Notes under the pieces: generated by a model
Seen by the model: only the letters and a program-made list of their open reading frames with translations
What the model was told of the DNA's origin: nothing
The model's database searches: none
Made by a program: the position numbers and the translations under genes
From: Candidatus Bathyarchaeia archaeon
GTDB lineage: Archaea; Thermoproteota; Bathyarchaeia; 40CM-2-53-6
Direction: 5' to 3'
DNA length: 64,000 nt
Assembly: GCA_050013255.1 (NCBI GenBank)
Contig: JBEKFP010000003.1
Location: 96,001 to 160,000 of the forward strand
Shown: piece after piece, positions 10,292 to 20,424 of the stretch
Layout of the letters: the number at the start of each line of letters is the position of its first letter
Position numbering within the stretch: the stretch's first letter is position 1

Positions 10292-11968
10292 GTGGTTAAT
10301 ATGGAGACAATTCAGGTAGAAAGGGCTGAGACTAAGCTAATCAGGGAAACCAGAAGCATCTGCCCTGATTGCAACAGGATTCTTGCCGCAAATGTCTTCG
10401 AACGTGAAGGCAAAATTTGGTTAGGCAAAACTTGTCCAGAACATGGCGAGATAGAGGAACTGTACTTCGGTTCCGCCGACATGTACTACAAGTTCTCTAA
10501 GTTCTCCCACAATGGTAAGGGTATCGAGAACCCGAACGTTCCCTTGGAGAAGTGTGCCTGCCCAACTAACTGCGGCCTTTGTACGAGTCACCTTAGCCAC
10601 TCAGGGCTAACGAACCTCGTAATCACCAACCGCTGCGACCTAACCTGTTGGTACTGTTTCTTCTACGCTAAGAAAGGAGTTGAGGGCGCATACGTCTATG
10701 AACCTACACAGGCAAAGATTCGTGAAATGGTTCAAGTCCTCCGCGCGGAGAGGCCTGTACCAGGCAATGCAATCCAAATCACAGGCGGAGAACCAACGCT
10801 ACGGGAAGACCTACCCGAAATCATCCGAATATGCAAGGAAGAAGGCGTTGAGCACATCCAGCTGAACAGTAACGCAATCAATATGGCGCAAGATTCCGGC
10901 TGCGCAAGGCGAGTCAGGGAAGCCGGAGTCAATACAGTTTACATGAGCTTCGACGGTGTCACCCCAAGAACGAACCCGAAGAACCATTGGGAAGCGCCGA
11001 TTGCAATTGAAAACTGCCGACAAGCAGGACTAGGAGTCGTCCTCGTCCCAACAGTCATCAAGAGCATAAATGACCATGAATTAGGGGGCCTCATCAGATT
11101 CGGCCAAAGAAACATGGACGTAATCCACGCAGTGAACTTCCAGCCAGTCTCGTTGACAGGTCGGCTCAGCAAGTCCGAGCGAGAGAAATACCGAATAACG
11201 ATCCCAGACTGCATCCAACGCATCGAAGAGCAGACGAACGGAGAGGTTCGAAGTGAAGACTGGTTCCCAGTCCCAAGTTGCGTTCCAATAACACACTTCG
11301 TCGAAGCCCTAACGAAACGCCCAAGATACGAGCTCTCAATCCACTTCGCCTGCGGAGCGGGCACCTACGTATTCAAAGAGGGCGACAAGCTAGTTCCGCT
11401 CTCATCGTTCGTTGACCTAGAAGGTCTCCTCGAATACTTGGATGAGAAGGCGGATGAGCTTAAGGCTGGCAAGAACAAATACCTAGTCGTTGCGAAAGTC
11501 CTCGCCAAGATGGGAACTTTCATCGACAGAAGCAAACAACCAAAGGGCCTAGCACTCAGCAAACTCCTCTTCAATGCACTAGTAAAGAACGACTACAGCT
11601 CCCTCGGAGCATTCCACCACAAATCCATGTTCCTAGGCATGATGCACTTCATGGACAAGTACAACCACGACGAAGAACGTCTCCGAAGATGCGACATACA
11701 CTACCTAAGCCCAGACATGAGAATCATCCCATTCTGCGCATTCAACGTAATTCCAGAATGGTACAGGGACGCGATACAGCCAAAGTACGGAATTCCAATC
11801 GAACAATGGGAGAAGGAACACAAGACAACCCTCGAACAAGGATTGTACAAGGGCACACTCAGAAAAGGTAAGGGACACGCAGCAGGCTGCGGATGCCCAC
11901 TCGGCGCGCTCAACACACCAAGCTCAGAACTACTCTCAATCGAGAACGGCATGATAAAGGGCAAGTAA
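10292..11968 (+). CDS. tes: Radical SAM tetraether lipid synthase (Tes/GDGT-MAS family)
   Basis: N-terminal CPDC..CPEHG, CPTNCGLC, CxxxCxxC (CDLTCWYC), HFACG and C-terminal C..H..IPFCAFN. Confidence 0.88.
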   Translation: MVNMETIQVERAETKLIRETRSICPDCNRILAANVFEREGKIWLGKTCPEHGEIEELYFGSADMYYKFSKFSHNGKGIENPNVPLEKCACPTNCGLCTSHLSHSGLTNLVITNRCDLTCWYCFFYAKKGVEGAYVYEPTQAKIREMVQVLRAERPVPGNAIQITGGEPTLREDLPEIIRICKEEGVEHIQLNSNAINMAQDSGCARRVREAGVNTVYMSFDGVTPRTNPKNHWEAPIAIENCRQAGLGVVLVPTVIKSINDHELGGLIRFGQRNMDVIHAVNFQPVSLTGRLSKSEREKYRITIPDCIQRIEEQTNGEVRSEDWFPVPSCVPITHFVEALTKRPRYELSIHFACGAGTYVFKEGDKLVPLSSFVDLEGLLEYLDEKADELKAGKNKYLVVAKVLAKMGTFIDRSKQPKGLALSKLLFNALVKNDYSSLGAFHHKSMFLGMMHFMDKYNHDEERLRRCDIHYLSPDMRIIPFCAFNVIPEWYRDAIQPKYGIPIEQWEKEHKTTLEQGLYKGTLRKGKGHAAGCGCPLGALNTPSSELLSIENGMIKGK

Positions 11969-12138
11969 GCAAGCCATAACACGGCTTCGCCCTTCACCCT
12001 TTTTTCCTTCCACCTCCAAAGTTACTGTAGACTCTGCGTCGGATTTGCTTGAAGAAAATCCGACGGTCTGTAAACCTGAACGTTTTTGTGTTGAACCAAT
12101 TCTTAGTTCAGATAGCATTTCGGTGAGGCGGCTCTAGA

Positions 12139-13596
12139 ATGGAACCCGATTATGATGTCATAATCGCCGGGGCTGGAATTGCAGGAATGATTACCGCAGC
12201 ATCTGCTGCAAAGCACTCTAATCAGAATCTTAGGATTTTGGTTGTTGACCGAAACCCTAGGTCTCAAGCAGGAATGAAAACCGCGACTGGTTGGGTTTGC
12301 GGAGACGCAGTCAGCAAGAACAGCGTAGACTATCTGGCCTCAGAGGTAGGGATACACTATGGCAAACCTGAACTTGAGCGACCCGTTCACGGCGTAGTTG
12401 CATATTCCCCGGACCACGAATCAAAGGCCATGTTCGACGGGGAGGGTTTCGTCTTAAACCGCAAACTCCTGCCTCAAAGGCAGTTGAACGACGCGGAGAA
12501 ACTTGGCGTAGAATTCTTGTTCGAGGCCTATGCTGACGCACTCGTCCATGAGGGCGGTTTCATCAAGGGCATTCATTGTAGGTCGTCGAAGGATAACTCC
12601 AGTTTCAAGAAGACTGCGAAGCTAATCGTAGACGCCACGGGATCAGCCTCGCGGCTTCGAACAAGCCTTCCAATAGACAGCCACATCGAGAAAGAGATCG
12701 ACAAGGAAAACGACCTGGAATCAACGGGACGATACATTCTCAGGTTTGACGTTGCCAAGAAGGACGGAACGTTCTTCGACCCTGATTATTGTATCATTCA
12801 CTTGGACCGGGAGATCGCGCCAGGCGGGTATGCTTGGGTGTTTCCGAAGGGCGAGGACAAGGTGAACATCGGCCTCGGTGTCCAGAAGAGACTGCTTGAA
12901 CAACGAAATAGACAATTGGGGCGAAACGATACCTTACAGTCCTTAATCGATGAGTACGTGCGCACGAATCCAGTCATTAAGAATTGGAAGCTTGCGGACG
13001 GTTCGGAGGATATTGGAAACGAGAAAGGGAGCTGGCAGGTGCCTGTCCGAAGACAGAACGATTGCATGGTCGCAAACGGGTACATGATTGTGGGCGATGC
13101 CGCCTGGATGGCACGACCAATCGACGCGGGCGGAATTGGACCCGCGATATATGCTAGCACCATAGCTGGCAAAGTGGTTGCTGAAGCATTGCAAACGAAC
13201 GATACTTCTGAGCGGGGGCTCTGGAAGTTCAATACGGAATATGTACGCACATACGGCTACAGAATGGCCAGCTTCGAAATCCTGAGGCGTTTCCTGCAGA
13301 TACTGAGCAATGATGACCTAAACTATGGAATGAAACATTTCCTCGGACAAGATGATGTAGACAGCATCACCCGAAGAGAGCATCCAGAATTCAAACACGT
13401 CGGCTTTGCCAGTCCCGCAAGAATTCTCTGGGCTCTCCCACGCCTCGCGTTGGCGAGAGGTCTGCGCTACACGGCTGAAAAAAGCAGGAAACTTATTCAA
13501 CACTACATGGACTACCCGACCTCTCCGGATGGGTTCCCTGAATGGCATAACCGGTTCACCGAGGAACTGCATGAGGCGTACACGCGATTCTCCTAA
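12139..13596 (+). CDS. Digeranylgeranylglycerophospholipid (geranylgeranyl) reductase family flavoprotein
   Basis: GAGIAG FAD motif, CGDA, PGGYAWVFPKG, GDAA...GGIG. Confidence 0.88.
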   Translation: MEPDYDVIIAGAGIAGMITAASAAKHSNQNLRILVVDRNPRSQAGMKTATGWVCGDAVSKNSVDYLASEVGIHYGKPELERPVHGVVAYSPDHESKAMFDGEGFVLNRKLLPQRQLNDAEKLGVEFLFEAYADALVHEGGFIKGIHCRSSKDNSSFKKTAKLIVDATGSASRLRTSLPIDSHIEKEIDKENDLESTGRYILRFDVAKKDGTFFDPDYCIIHLDREIAPGGYAWVFPKGEDKVNIGLGVQKRLLEQRNRQLGRNDTLQSLIDEYVRTNPVIKNWKLADGSEDIGNEKGSWQVPVRRQNDCMVANGYMIVGDAAWMARPIDAGGIGPAIYASTIAGKVVAEALQTNDTSERGLWKFNTEYVRTYGYRMASFEILRRFLQILSNDDLNYGMKHFLGQDDVDSITRREHPEFKHVGFASPARILWALPRLALARGLRYTAEKSRKLIQHYMDYPTSPDGFPEWHNRFTEELHEAYTRFS

Positions 13597-13722
13597 AGTA
13601 GATAATGCCTACTCGTTCGCGTGCTAAACGCCGAGGCGAGCCTCTCCCAATGAAAACACGCATCAAATTCAAATAGGGCCAAGAATGCACCAGAAAGAGA
13701 CAGCAAAGGGCACTGAGCTGAA

Positions 13723-14109
13723 ATGCAGGAATTCCTCGAGAAAGTCAAGCCTAAACAGAAGAAATACTTCACCCAACTACGAACAGCGATCCGCGGCCTT
13801 CCTGAAACTGAAGAGTCTATTGAAATCGACGAGGTTTCAGGGGAATGGTGTCCAGTATACCGCGTCAAGGGCTCCGACTTAGTTTGGGTTCACTTCGATG
13901 AGCACTTGTGGATCAACTTTCCAGTAGAACCGAACTTTGAGAAGAAAGTCCTTCAAGATGAAAACCTCGACACCGAGGTCGTTGATTTCGTGAAAGAAGC
14001 CGAGGAGACCGGTGGGGTAAAATGGGCAACGGCCGAAATAAAATCAGTTGAAGGCGTCGACCAGGTCATCCCAATATTGAAGCTCAGGCATTCCGTATTG
14101 GTTTCATAG
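13723..14109 (+). CDS. Hypothetical acidic protein
   Basis: 128-aa ORF with protein-like composition. Confidence 0.6.
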   Translation: MQEFLEKVKPKQKKYFTQLRTAIRGLPETEESIEIDEVSGEWCPVYRVKGSDLVWVHFDEHLWINFPVEPNFEKKVLQDENLDTEVVDFVKEAEETGGVKWATAEIKSVEGVDQVIPILKLRHSVLVS

Positions 14110-14204
14110 AATCAATCCCATTCAATCGGAGTTGCACTCGGCTCCTGTGAGAGCCGATGGAAACATCGAAAGTATCTTATACGATGTGGGACAGAAACTG
14201 AAAA

Positions 14205-14624
14205 ATGCCCACTCTTAGTTACCAGGGAATTGGGCCGCGGCTGGTCGCGCAGATAATCGATTCTGTGGTACTTGTTGTCCTCTTCCTGTTGGTCGGGTTC
14301 GCGCTTTCAGGCTCATTCACATTCGAATTCCAAGGTGAGGCCGCTTATCCCTTCCTGATCGCCTACGGTTTAATCGTAATACTGTACTACGCAATCCTTG
14401 AGGGTACTATGGGTGCAACATTCGGCAAGAAGCTTGTCAAAATCAAGGTCGTTAAGGACGATGGGTCTGCGTGTGGTATTGGACCCGCTTTCGTCCGCAC
14501 CTTACTGCGTTTCATTGATGCTTTGCCATTCCTCTACATCATTGGCTTGGTCCTCATCGCCCGATCAGAAAAGAAGCAGAGGCTCGGGGACCGCTTAGCG
14601 AGAACAGTCGTTGTGAAAGCCTGA
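14205..14624 (+). CDS. RDD-family membrane protein
   Basis: R..A.IID, T.GKK...IKVV, QRLGDRLARTVVV. Confidence 0.93.
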   Translation: MPTLSYQGIGPRLVAQIIDSVVLVVLFLLVGFALSGSFTFEFQGEAAYPFLIAYGLIVILYYAILEGTMGATFGKKLVKIKVVKDDGSACGIGPAFVRTLLRFIDALPFLYIIGLVLIARSEKKQRLGDRLARTVVVKA

Positions 14625-14680
14625 GGATACCGGGGCGAATCTCTGTACTCCGGACACCGAATCCTTTCCTAAGTTAGAAT

Positions 14681-15463
14681 CTATTGTTTGCCTTTGGGCG
14701 TTTTCTGATCAGGCGTACTGTCGGCCCACAGGTATTCGAAGTAGGTCTTAGCGAATTTTGCGAGGCCAATATGGTCGGACCAAATGGCTAGGCCTATCGC
14801 CTCTTCTCCTTCCTGTCCGAGGAGGAGGATGACTTCGTGGCCATCGGCGATTATTCCGCCGCCGAACATCTGTTCACGGATGCGCACATCACAGAACTTC
14901 GCCAGTTTGTCCATGGTTTCACTCATTGGGGTCTTCATAGTCATTATTTGCACCTTGACGCCCCTTTCCACAATGGTTTTGACGATCGGGATCAGCATTT
15001 CCGCGGTTGCGTCAGGTATCCCGGGAACTGCAACGAGGATCTCTTTCTGCACGTGTTCCACGGTTTCCCTGATCTTGGCGAGAACGTTGAAGGTTCCGCG
15101 CACGATCCAGATATCTGGGCGTTCCCTCACGCCTTTCTTCTCATATATTGGTTGAAGTTCATCTAGGACTAATCCTTCGTTCGTCTTGAGTGAGTTCTCA
15201 AGTTGGGATTTCGTAATTTCGAGTGCTACTGAGGGCGGTTTCGGATAGTACTTGCTTGGTCGCCCGTGTTCCATTTCAATCCAGCCTTTCTTTTCGAGCG
15301 ACCCCAGCACTTCGTAGATTTTCGAATAGGGCACATCGGAGGCTTCGCTTAGCTGGCTTGCCGTTGCAGGGCCAATTTCAAGGAGTGAGGTGTATGAGCG
15401 TATTTCGTAGTCGGTTAGTCCGAATTCTTGGAGCGAACGCCTTGCTTTGTCGCTTATTGTCAC
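14681..15463 (-). CDS. TrmB-family transcriptional regulator
   Basis: FGLTDYE, VPYSKIYEVLGSLEKKGW, RPSKY. Confidence 0.92.
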   Translation of the reverse strand: MTISDKARRSLQEFGLTDYEIRSYTSLLEIGPATASQLSEASDVPYSKIYEVLGSLEKKGWIEMEHGRPSKYYPKPPSVALEITKSQLENSLKTNEGLVLDELQPIYEKKGVRERPDIWIVRGTFNVLAKIRETVEHVQKEILVAVPGIPDATAEMLIPIVKTIVERGVKVQIMTMKTPMSETMDKLAKFCDVRIREQMFGGGIIADGHEVILLLGQEGEEAIGLAIWSDHIGLAKFAKTYFEYLWADSTPDQKTPKGKQ

Positions 15464-15546
15464 TGCTAGCAGGCCTACGAATTGCGCTGATGGAGCTTTC
15501 TAGCTGGGATTGAATATAAGATTTCACTACTGAAAGTGGTTAACGA

Positions 15547-15999
15547 TTAGTGGTTTTGTCGGGGTTCGTTTGAAACCCAATATGATTCCTTCGTCGTGAA
15601 TTCCTTCTTCCAAATCGGGACTTCCTTCTTCACCCTCTCAACAGTTTCGGAAAGTGCGGAAAAAACGTCGTGGCGGTGTTTTCCAAGCACAGCGACGAAG
15701 AGGCTTGGTTCACCAACGTTCAAAGTATCAATAATGTGATGGATCGACACCTCGAGTATCCCTGCGCGTTTCTTGATCGTATCTCTAATTTCTTGCATGC
15801 GTTTGAGGGCAACATCAGTGTAGGCTTCGTATTCAAGGCGAACCACTTTCGCTTCAGACTCACGTACCGGATCTTCGCGAACCACACCGACGAAGCACGC
15901 TACTGCCCCGGCCTCATGATAACCAGCAAGCTGAGAAAGGTCACCCATTATTCTGTTCAGGTCAACCTCCCCCTTCTTGTGAAGTCCGATAACGTCCAT
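15547..15999 (-). CDS. moaE: Molybdopterin synthase catalytic subunit
   Basis: GAVACFVGVVR, LEYEAY, HR, VKKEVPIWKKE. Confidence 0.93.
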   Translation of the reverse strand: MDVIGLHKKGEVDLNRIMGDLSQLAGYHEAGAVACFVGVVREDPVRESEAKVVRLEYEAYTDVALKRMQEIRDTIKKRAGILEVSIHHIIDTLNVGEPSLFVAVLGKHRHDVFSALSETVERVKKEVPIWKKEFTTKESYWVSNEPRQNH

Positions 16000-16083
16000 C
16001 GGGGTTGGCGTCCAAGAATTACGTTGTCATGCTCAGGATGAAAAATGTTCTTTGAGGCTGAAGAGCAGAGGCGATTCTGTGAC

Positions 16084-16365
16084 CTACGTTTTCTGCTGTA
16101 TCTCGGTTTTCATTTTCTCGAGGTGTTGATTTTCAGAGTCAAACTTCGTTCCGACGATCTGCACTTGGTAGATGGTTTTGGGAGCGTTACAGAAATCGCA
16201 CGGGGGCCCAAACCCTTCGGGGCTCGGTGAAACCCTAAGCCAGAGCTGGTTTATCCCAGCATAAGTAAGGTCAAGTCTGACTTTATCGCGGGCACAGTTC
16301 TCGCAAAGATAGAAAGGCATCGCGTACACTAGGGGACGCGATAGGCTTAGACCCGTTATTAACAC
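16084..16365 (-). CDS. Small Zn-finger-like hypothetical protein (likely start ATG 16320)
   Basis: CENC and CDFC pairs. Confidence 0.55.
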   Translation of the reverse strand: MLITGLSLSRPLVYAMPFYLCENCARDKVRLDLTYAGINQLWLRVSPSPEGFGPPCDFCNAPKTIYQVQIVGTKFDSENQHLEKMKTEIQQKT

Positions 16366-16380
16366 TTCGAATCCGCGGGC

Positions 16381-16593
16381 GTGATCTACTTATGGGAAAC
16401 TGCGTGCTTTCACAGGAGGCGTTATCTTCTGCTGGCCCTGCCAATGGGGTTAGTGGACTTCTTCGTCCCATTCGTAGGAAGCCTAACACTGCCCGTATTC
16501 GAGTCGTTCCTCTTTGCACTGGGGCTGGGATGTCTGGGTTTGACTTTGATAGTTGGGAGAGGCTTGGATTCCCCCAGCCGGCGACGACGTTAG
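16381..16593 (+). CDS. Possible small two-TM membrane protein
   Basis: Two hydrophobic segments and a basic tail. Confidence 0.35.
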   Translation: MIYLWETACFHRRRYLLLALPMGLVDFFVPFVGSLTLPVFESFLFALGLGCLGLTLIVGRGLDSPSRRRR

Positions 16594-16823
16594 TGAGTCC
16601 CAGTTCCGTTCGGCATTATGCGACTCAGGGTAAATGCCTTATCAACACAAAATGTTCAGGTTAACTCTGATTCCCTCATCGTCGCATTTCAAGTATGGGT
16701 TTGAACTTGGTTTAAACTTTCCCAGTTTCGAGAGGGTCCGAATAGAAGCTCTCCGACAGCCCAACTTAAATACAAACTGTGCCTATTTAGCTGCATTCGG
16801 TATCTCGCAAAGTTGGAATCTCT

Positions 16824-18356
16824 TTGAGATCTTCGAGTTTAGTTATCATACTGGGTGTTATGCTTGTGGCTTTGTTGCTTCCGACGAACGTACACGCCCC
16901 CCCTCCCCCTGTATTCTTGACGCTTACTCCTAGCCCGCAGACAATTTCTCAAACTCAAACTGCTACTTACCATATCGGCATCACCTCAACCCCGAGCACT
17001 TCTTTCACGATGTCAGTTTCGGGTGTTGTGGGGTCTTTCACCGCCAATCCTGTGACAACTGATCCCATCGGCGGGTTAGCCTCGGTAGACCTTGTTGCGG
17101 ATGCGAGCACTCCTCCAACCTATTGCCCGGGAACATACAGCTTCACTGTTACGGCCACAGGCCCAGGGTCAGCGTCCATTGGGGGCGTGCTCACGGTTAA
17201 CCAGGTAGGACCCCCTCTAATAGCTACGGTGTTTACAGACAAAACGAACTACCAGACGGGACAAACCATCAGAATATCCCTCTCGGTTTCTAGGCCAGCC
17301 GAAGGCCAAATCACGGTTACGGGGCCTTCCGGGTACTCTCCTTTAGGCTACCCATTCCAGACGTCAAGTGCTGGCAGCGGTGCCGTAGCGAGCTTCACCG
17401 CCGGAGCCATAGGAACGTATTCCGTTAGCGTGCAGGCGGATGATTATTGCAGCGGCTTCAGTAGCACCCAAACGACTTTCACCGTTAGCCCCAACAGTTA
17501 CGACGTATCAATCACTGCCTCGGGAATACCTTCTCAGTATTCAACAAACGTGCAGATTGATGGGCACAACCAGGGGACAATCCAAGGTTCCCAGACCAAG
17601 TCGCTCAGCTTCCCAATTGGTTCCACACACTCAATAATGGTGGATCAATATGTTGCAGGGGACACGGGAGTGAGGTACTATGCATCACAAAACTCTTGGT
17701 CCGTATCGTCCACGGACAGTCACACGTTCAACTATCAGATCCAGTACCAGTTCAATGTGCTTACCGATCCGAGCGGCGTTACTCCTACGACAGGGGGAGG
17801 ATGGTACCCTGACGGCCAATCGGTGCAGACGAACCAAGCTCCCCCGACCGTGGCAGGCCCAAGCGGCACTCAATTCGCTTTCAAGGACTGGGAACTTGAT
17901 GGGGCACCCCAGAGCGGCAACCAACTAACTGTCACGATGAATGCGCCCCATACCGCTGTGGCCAAGTATTCAACTCAGTATCAGCTCGTGGTTGATTCAC
18001 CCGGTGGACTTGGCAACCCACAAGGAGCGGGATACTACGATGCTGGGTCGACCGCAACCTTCTCTGTAACCTCACCCGTAGGCTTCCTGGTGCAGCAAGT
18101 CCTCGTCCATTGGCAAGGCGACTATACTGGGACTAACCCGCAAGGCACAGTCACTATGGACCAACCAAGAACCGTGCACGCAGTTTGGACGACAAGTTAC
18201 ACGCAAGCCTACATCGTTGGAGGCATTCTAGCAGTTGTTATAGTTGCAGCTGCAATCATGATGATGCGGCGAGGGAAGGGCGGCACGAAGGCTGATAAGC
18301 CGGCTAAGAAGAAAGGGTTCGGTTTGCGTATAGGTAAACCGAAAACCGAGAGTTAG
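16824..18356 (+). CDS. Membrane-anchored Ig-like surface protein with InlB-B-like repeats
   Basis: Signal peptide, TDK..Y..G motif, G.G.Y..G...F..W.GD repeats, C-terminal TM and Lys-rich tail. Confidence 0.8.
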   Translation: MRSSSLVIILGVMLVALLLPTNVHAPPPPVFLTLTPSPQTISQTQTATYHIGITSTPSTSFTMSVSGVVGSFTANPVTTDPIGGLASVDLVADASTPPTYCPGTYSFTVTATGPGSASIGGVLTVNQVGPPLIATVFTDKTNYQTGQTIRISLSVSRPAEGQITVTGPSGYSPLGYPFQTSSAGSGAVASFTAGAIGTYSVSVQADDYCSGFSSTQTTFTVSPNSYDVSITASGIPSQYSTNVQIDGHNQGTIQGSQTKSLSFPIGSTHSIMVDQYVAGDTGVRYYASQNSWSVSSTDSHTFNYQIQYQFNVLTDPSGVTPTTGGGWYPDGQSVQTNQAPPTVAGPSGTQFAFKDWELDGAPQSGNQLTVTMNAPHTAVAKYSTQYQLVVDSPGGLGNPQGAGYYDAGSTATFSVTSPVGFLVQQVLVHWQGDYTGTNPQGTVTMDQPRTVHAVWTTSYTQAYIVGGILAVVIVAAAIMMMRRGKGGTKADKPAKKKGFGLRIGKPKTES

Positions 18357-18367
18357 GTGAAATCGTC

Positions 18368-18610
18368 TTGTCAACCGAAAAGGATGCGCAGAAAGACCTG
18401 CTGAAACTCTACGCCTACGGCACCCTAGCAAACTTCTGGGTAACCGTCGGGGCTAAGGACGCCGTAGACGAGGACGAGGCTCAAGCATTTCTTCAGCTTC
18501 AACAGTCTCTAGTCAAACGCTTCGAAGAGACATTAGAACCGCACTTGGATGAAGACTCAATGGAAGCCTTTCGAAAATTCGTCAGCCACTACAGAATCCG
18601 AATGGGATGA
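18368..18610 (+). CDS. Hypothetical protein
   Basis: 80-aa ORF preceded by GGTGA RBS. Confidence 0.6.
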   Translation: MSTEKDAQKDLLKLYAYGTLANFWVTVGAKDAVDEDEAQAFLQLQQSLVKRFEETLEPHLDEDSMEAFRKFVSHYRIRMG

Positions 18611-18714
18611 CTTCAGAACTCTAATCTCAGCTGAGCATGCATCATCAGCGTGAGATTTGAGCTACGCGTAGCCAACCTGCGAATCTCGCCTGCTCAGAGG
18701 GACAGATATATTAG

Positions 18715-20391
18715 ATGTCGGCCACGAGGCATACCAAGATAATTCAGGTAGGGTTTGCCTTGAAATACTCGAAGGCCATGTTCCTGACCGCGTTCATAAT
18801 TCTGGCGTTGATGGTTCCAAGCGTTCGAGCCCCCGGGCCGCCTGTCTCCGTAACAGTGACTCCAAGTTCGCAAGCCGCCGCTCAGGGCAGTCAGGTGACC
18901 TATACAGTGAACCTTGCAGGCGCTCAGAACCCCAGTGGACAATATACCCTCAGCTTGTCAGGGTTGAACTCTGGACAATATTCATTTTCCCCGAATCCTC
19001 TAACTGTCTCAGGTGGATCCGGAGTCAGCACGCTAACAGTAAACACGAGTAGCGCCCCTGGGCTGTACTGTCCAGGTAGCTATCCATTCACTGTGACCGC
19101 GCAATACACTGGCCCACCGGCAATTCCAGACTCAGGCACAAGTTCAACAACCTTCCTGACAGTGACTCAGGTGGGACCACCACTGTCGATTTCTGTAAAC
19201 ACGGACAAACCAGCCTACATGATCGGAGATAAAGTAACCATATTGGTCACTCTTAACAGGCCCGCCGAAGGGTCAGTACAAATCTTGCCTCCTGGAGCAA
19301 CGCCGCAGACATATTCCTTCACCACGAATGGGCCACAGACATTACAGAAAACCCTCTCCGCCTCTCAGTACATTGGCCGCTGGACCGTGCTTGTTCAAGC
19401 TGATGACTACTGCAGTGGGGGGGCTAGCGGAACCGCCTACTTCGACGTAACGCCGAATGCCTATGATGTTTCAATCTCGCTTTCCGGCGTGGCCACATCC
19501 GTTTCGGTTAACCTCCAGGTTGACGGCCAGAATGCGGGGTCGATGCTTGGTTCCGATGTTAAGACATTGAGTTTCAAGATTTCGACGCAACATTCCATAT
19601 CAGTCGATCAGTATGTCCAAGGCGATACGGGGGTAAGATTCTACGCGGCACAGAATACCTGGACTACCAGTTCCGCCAGCAGCCATACCTTCTCGTACCA
19701 AGCGCAGTACTTGCTCACGGTCGCGACCGATCCGGATGGTATAACTCAGGTAAGTGGAGGGGGCTGGTATAATGCGGGTACTCCGGTTCCAATCGGACAA
19801 CTCCCGCAAACGGTGAATGGTACAAGTGGCACTCGCTATAATCTGGTTGGCTGGTTCTTGGATGGAGCCGCGCAATCCGGAAATCCATTGACCGTTACCA
19901 TGGACAAATCTCACAAGGCTGTTGCGAAATATGAGACGCAGTACCAGCTTCTAATCGACTCGCCTTTTGGGGATCCGAAAGGCCAAGGCTACTACACGGC
20001 CGGGTCAACGGCGACCTTCTCGGTAACTACCCCCTGGGGATTCCCAGTGCAACAAATCTTCCTCGGATGGCAAGGTGATTACACAGGCACGTCGCCACAA
20101 GCTTCCATCACAATGGATGGGCCGAAAGTTCTTCGCGCTACGTGGTCAACCAGCTACATACCACTCATAGCCCTAATCGTGGTGGCACTTGCAGTCGTGG
20201 CCGGGATCTTGTTTTGGAAGAAGCGAAAAAAGCCTCCTCCCGAAACTAAACCGACACCAAGCGCGGCCGCGGGGGAAGAGGCAGCCAAGAGCGTGAAATG
20301 CGCCTCGTGCGGAACCGACAACTCCACCGACCAGAAATTCTGCACAAACTGCGGAGAAAAACTGACAGAGAGCAAAAAGCATCACACTTAA
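18715..20391 (+). CDS. Paralogous surface protein with C-terminal cytoplasmic zinc ribbon
   Basis: Same architecture as 16824 (YCPG, QADDYCSG, VDQYV.GDTGVR) plus TM and CASC...FCTNCG. Confidence 0.82.
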   Translation: MSATRHTKIIQVGFALKYSKAMFLTAFIILALMVPSVRAPGPPVSVTVTPSSQAAAQGSQVTYTVNLAGAQNPSGQYTLSLSGLNSGQYSFSPNPLTVSGGSGVSTLTVNTSSAPGLYCPGSYPFTVTAQYTGPPAIPDSGTSSTTFLTVTQVGPPLSISVNTDKPAYMIGDKVTILVTLNRPAEGSVQILPPGATPQTYSFTTNGPQTLQKTLSASQYIGRWTVLVQADDYCSGGASGTAYFDVTPNAYDVSISLSGVATSVSVNLQVDGQNAGSMLGSDVKTLSFKISTQHSISVDQYVQGDTGVRFYAAQNTWTTSSASSHTFSYQAQYLLTVATDPDGITQVSGGGWYNAGTPVPIGQLPQTVNGTSGTRYNLVGWFLDGAAQSGNPLTVTMDKSHKAVAKYETQYQLLIDSPFGDPKGQGYYTAGSTATFSVTTPWGFPVQQIFLGWQGDYTGTSPQASITMDGPKVLRATWSTSYIPLIALIVVALAVVAGILFWKKRKKPPPETKPTPSAAAGEEAAKSVKCASCGTDNSTDQKFCTNCGEKLTESKKHHT

Positions 20392-20424
20392 CCAACACAA
20401 ACGCTCCCTCAGCTTTGTTGCGCG

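Noticed and set aside
16380-16630. RNase P or SRP RNA (several short hairpins)
   Set aside because: Conserved P4 and SRP helix 8 motifs not found; a small hydrophobic ORF explains the region
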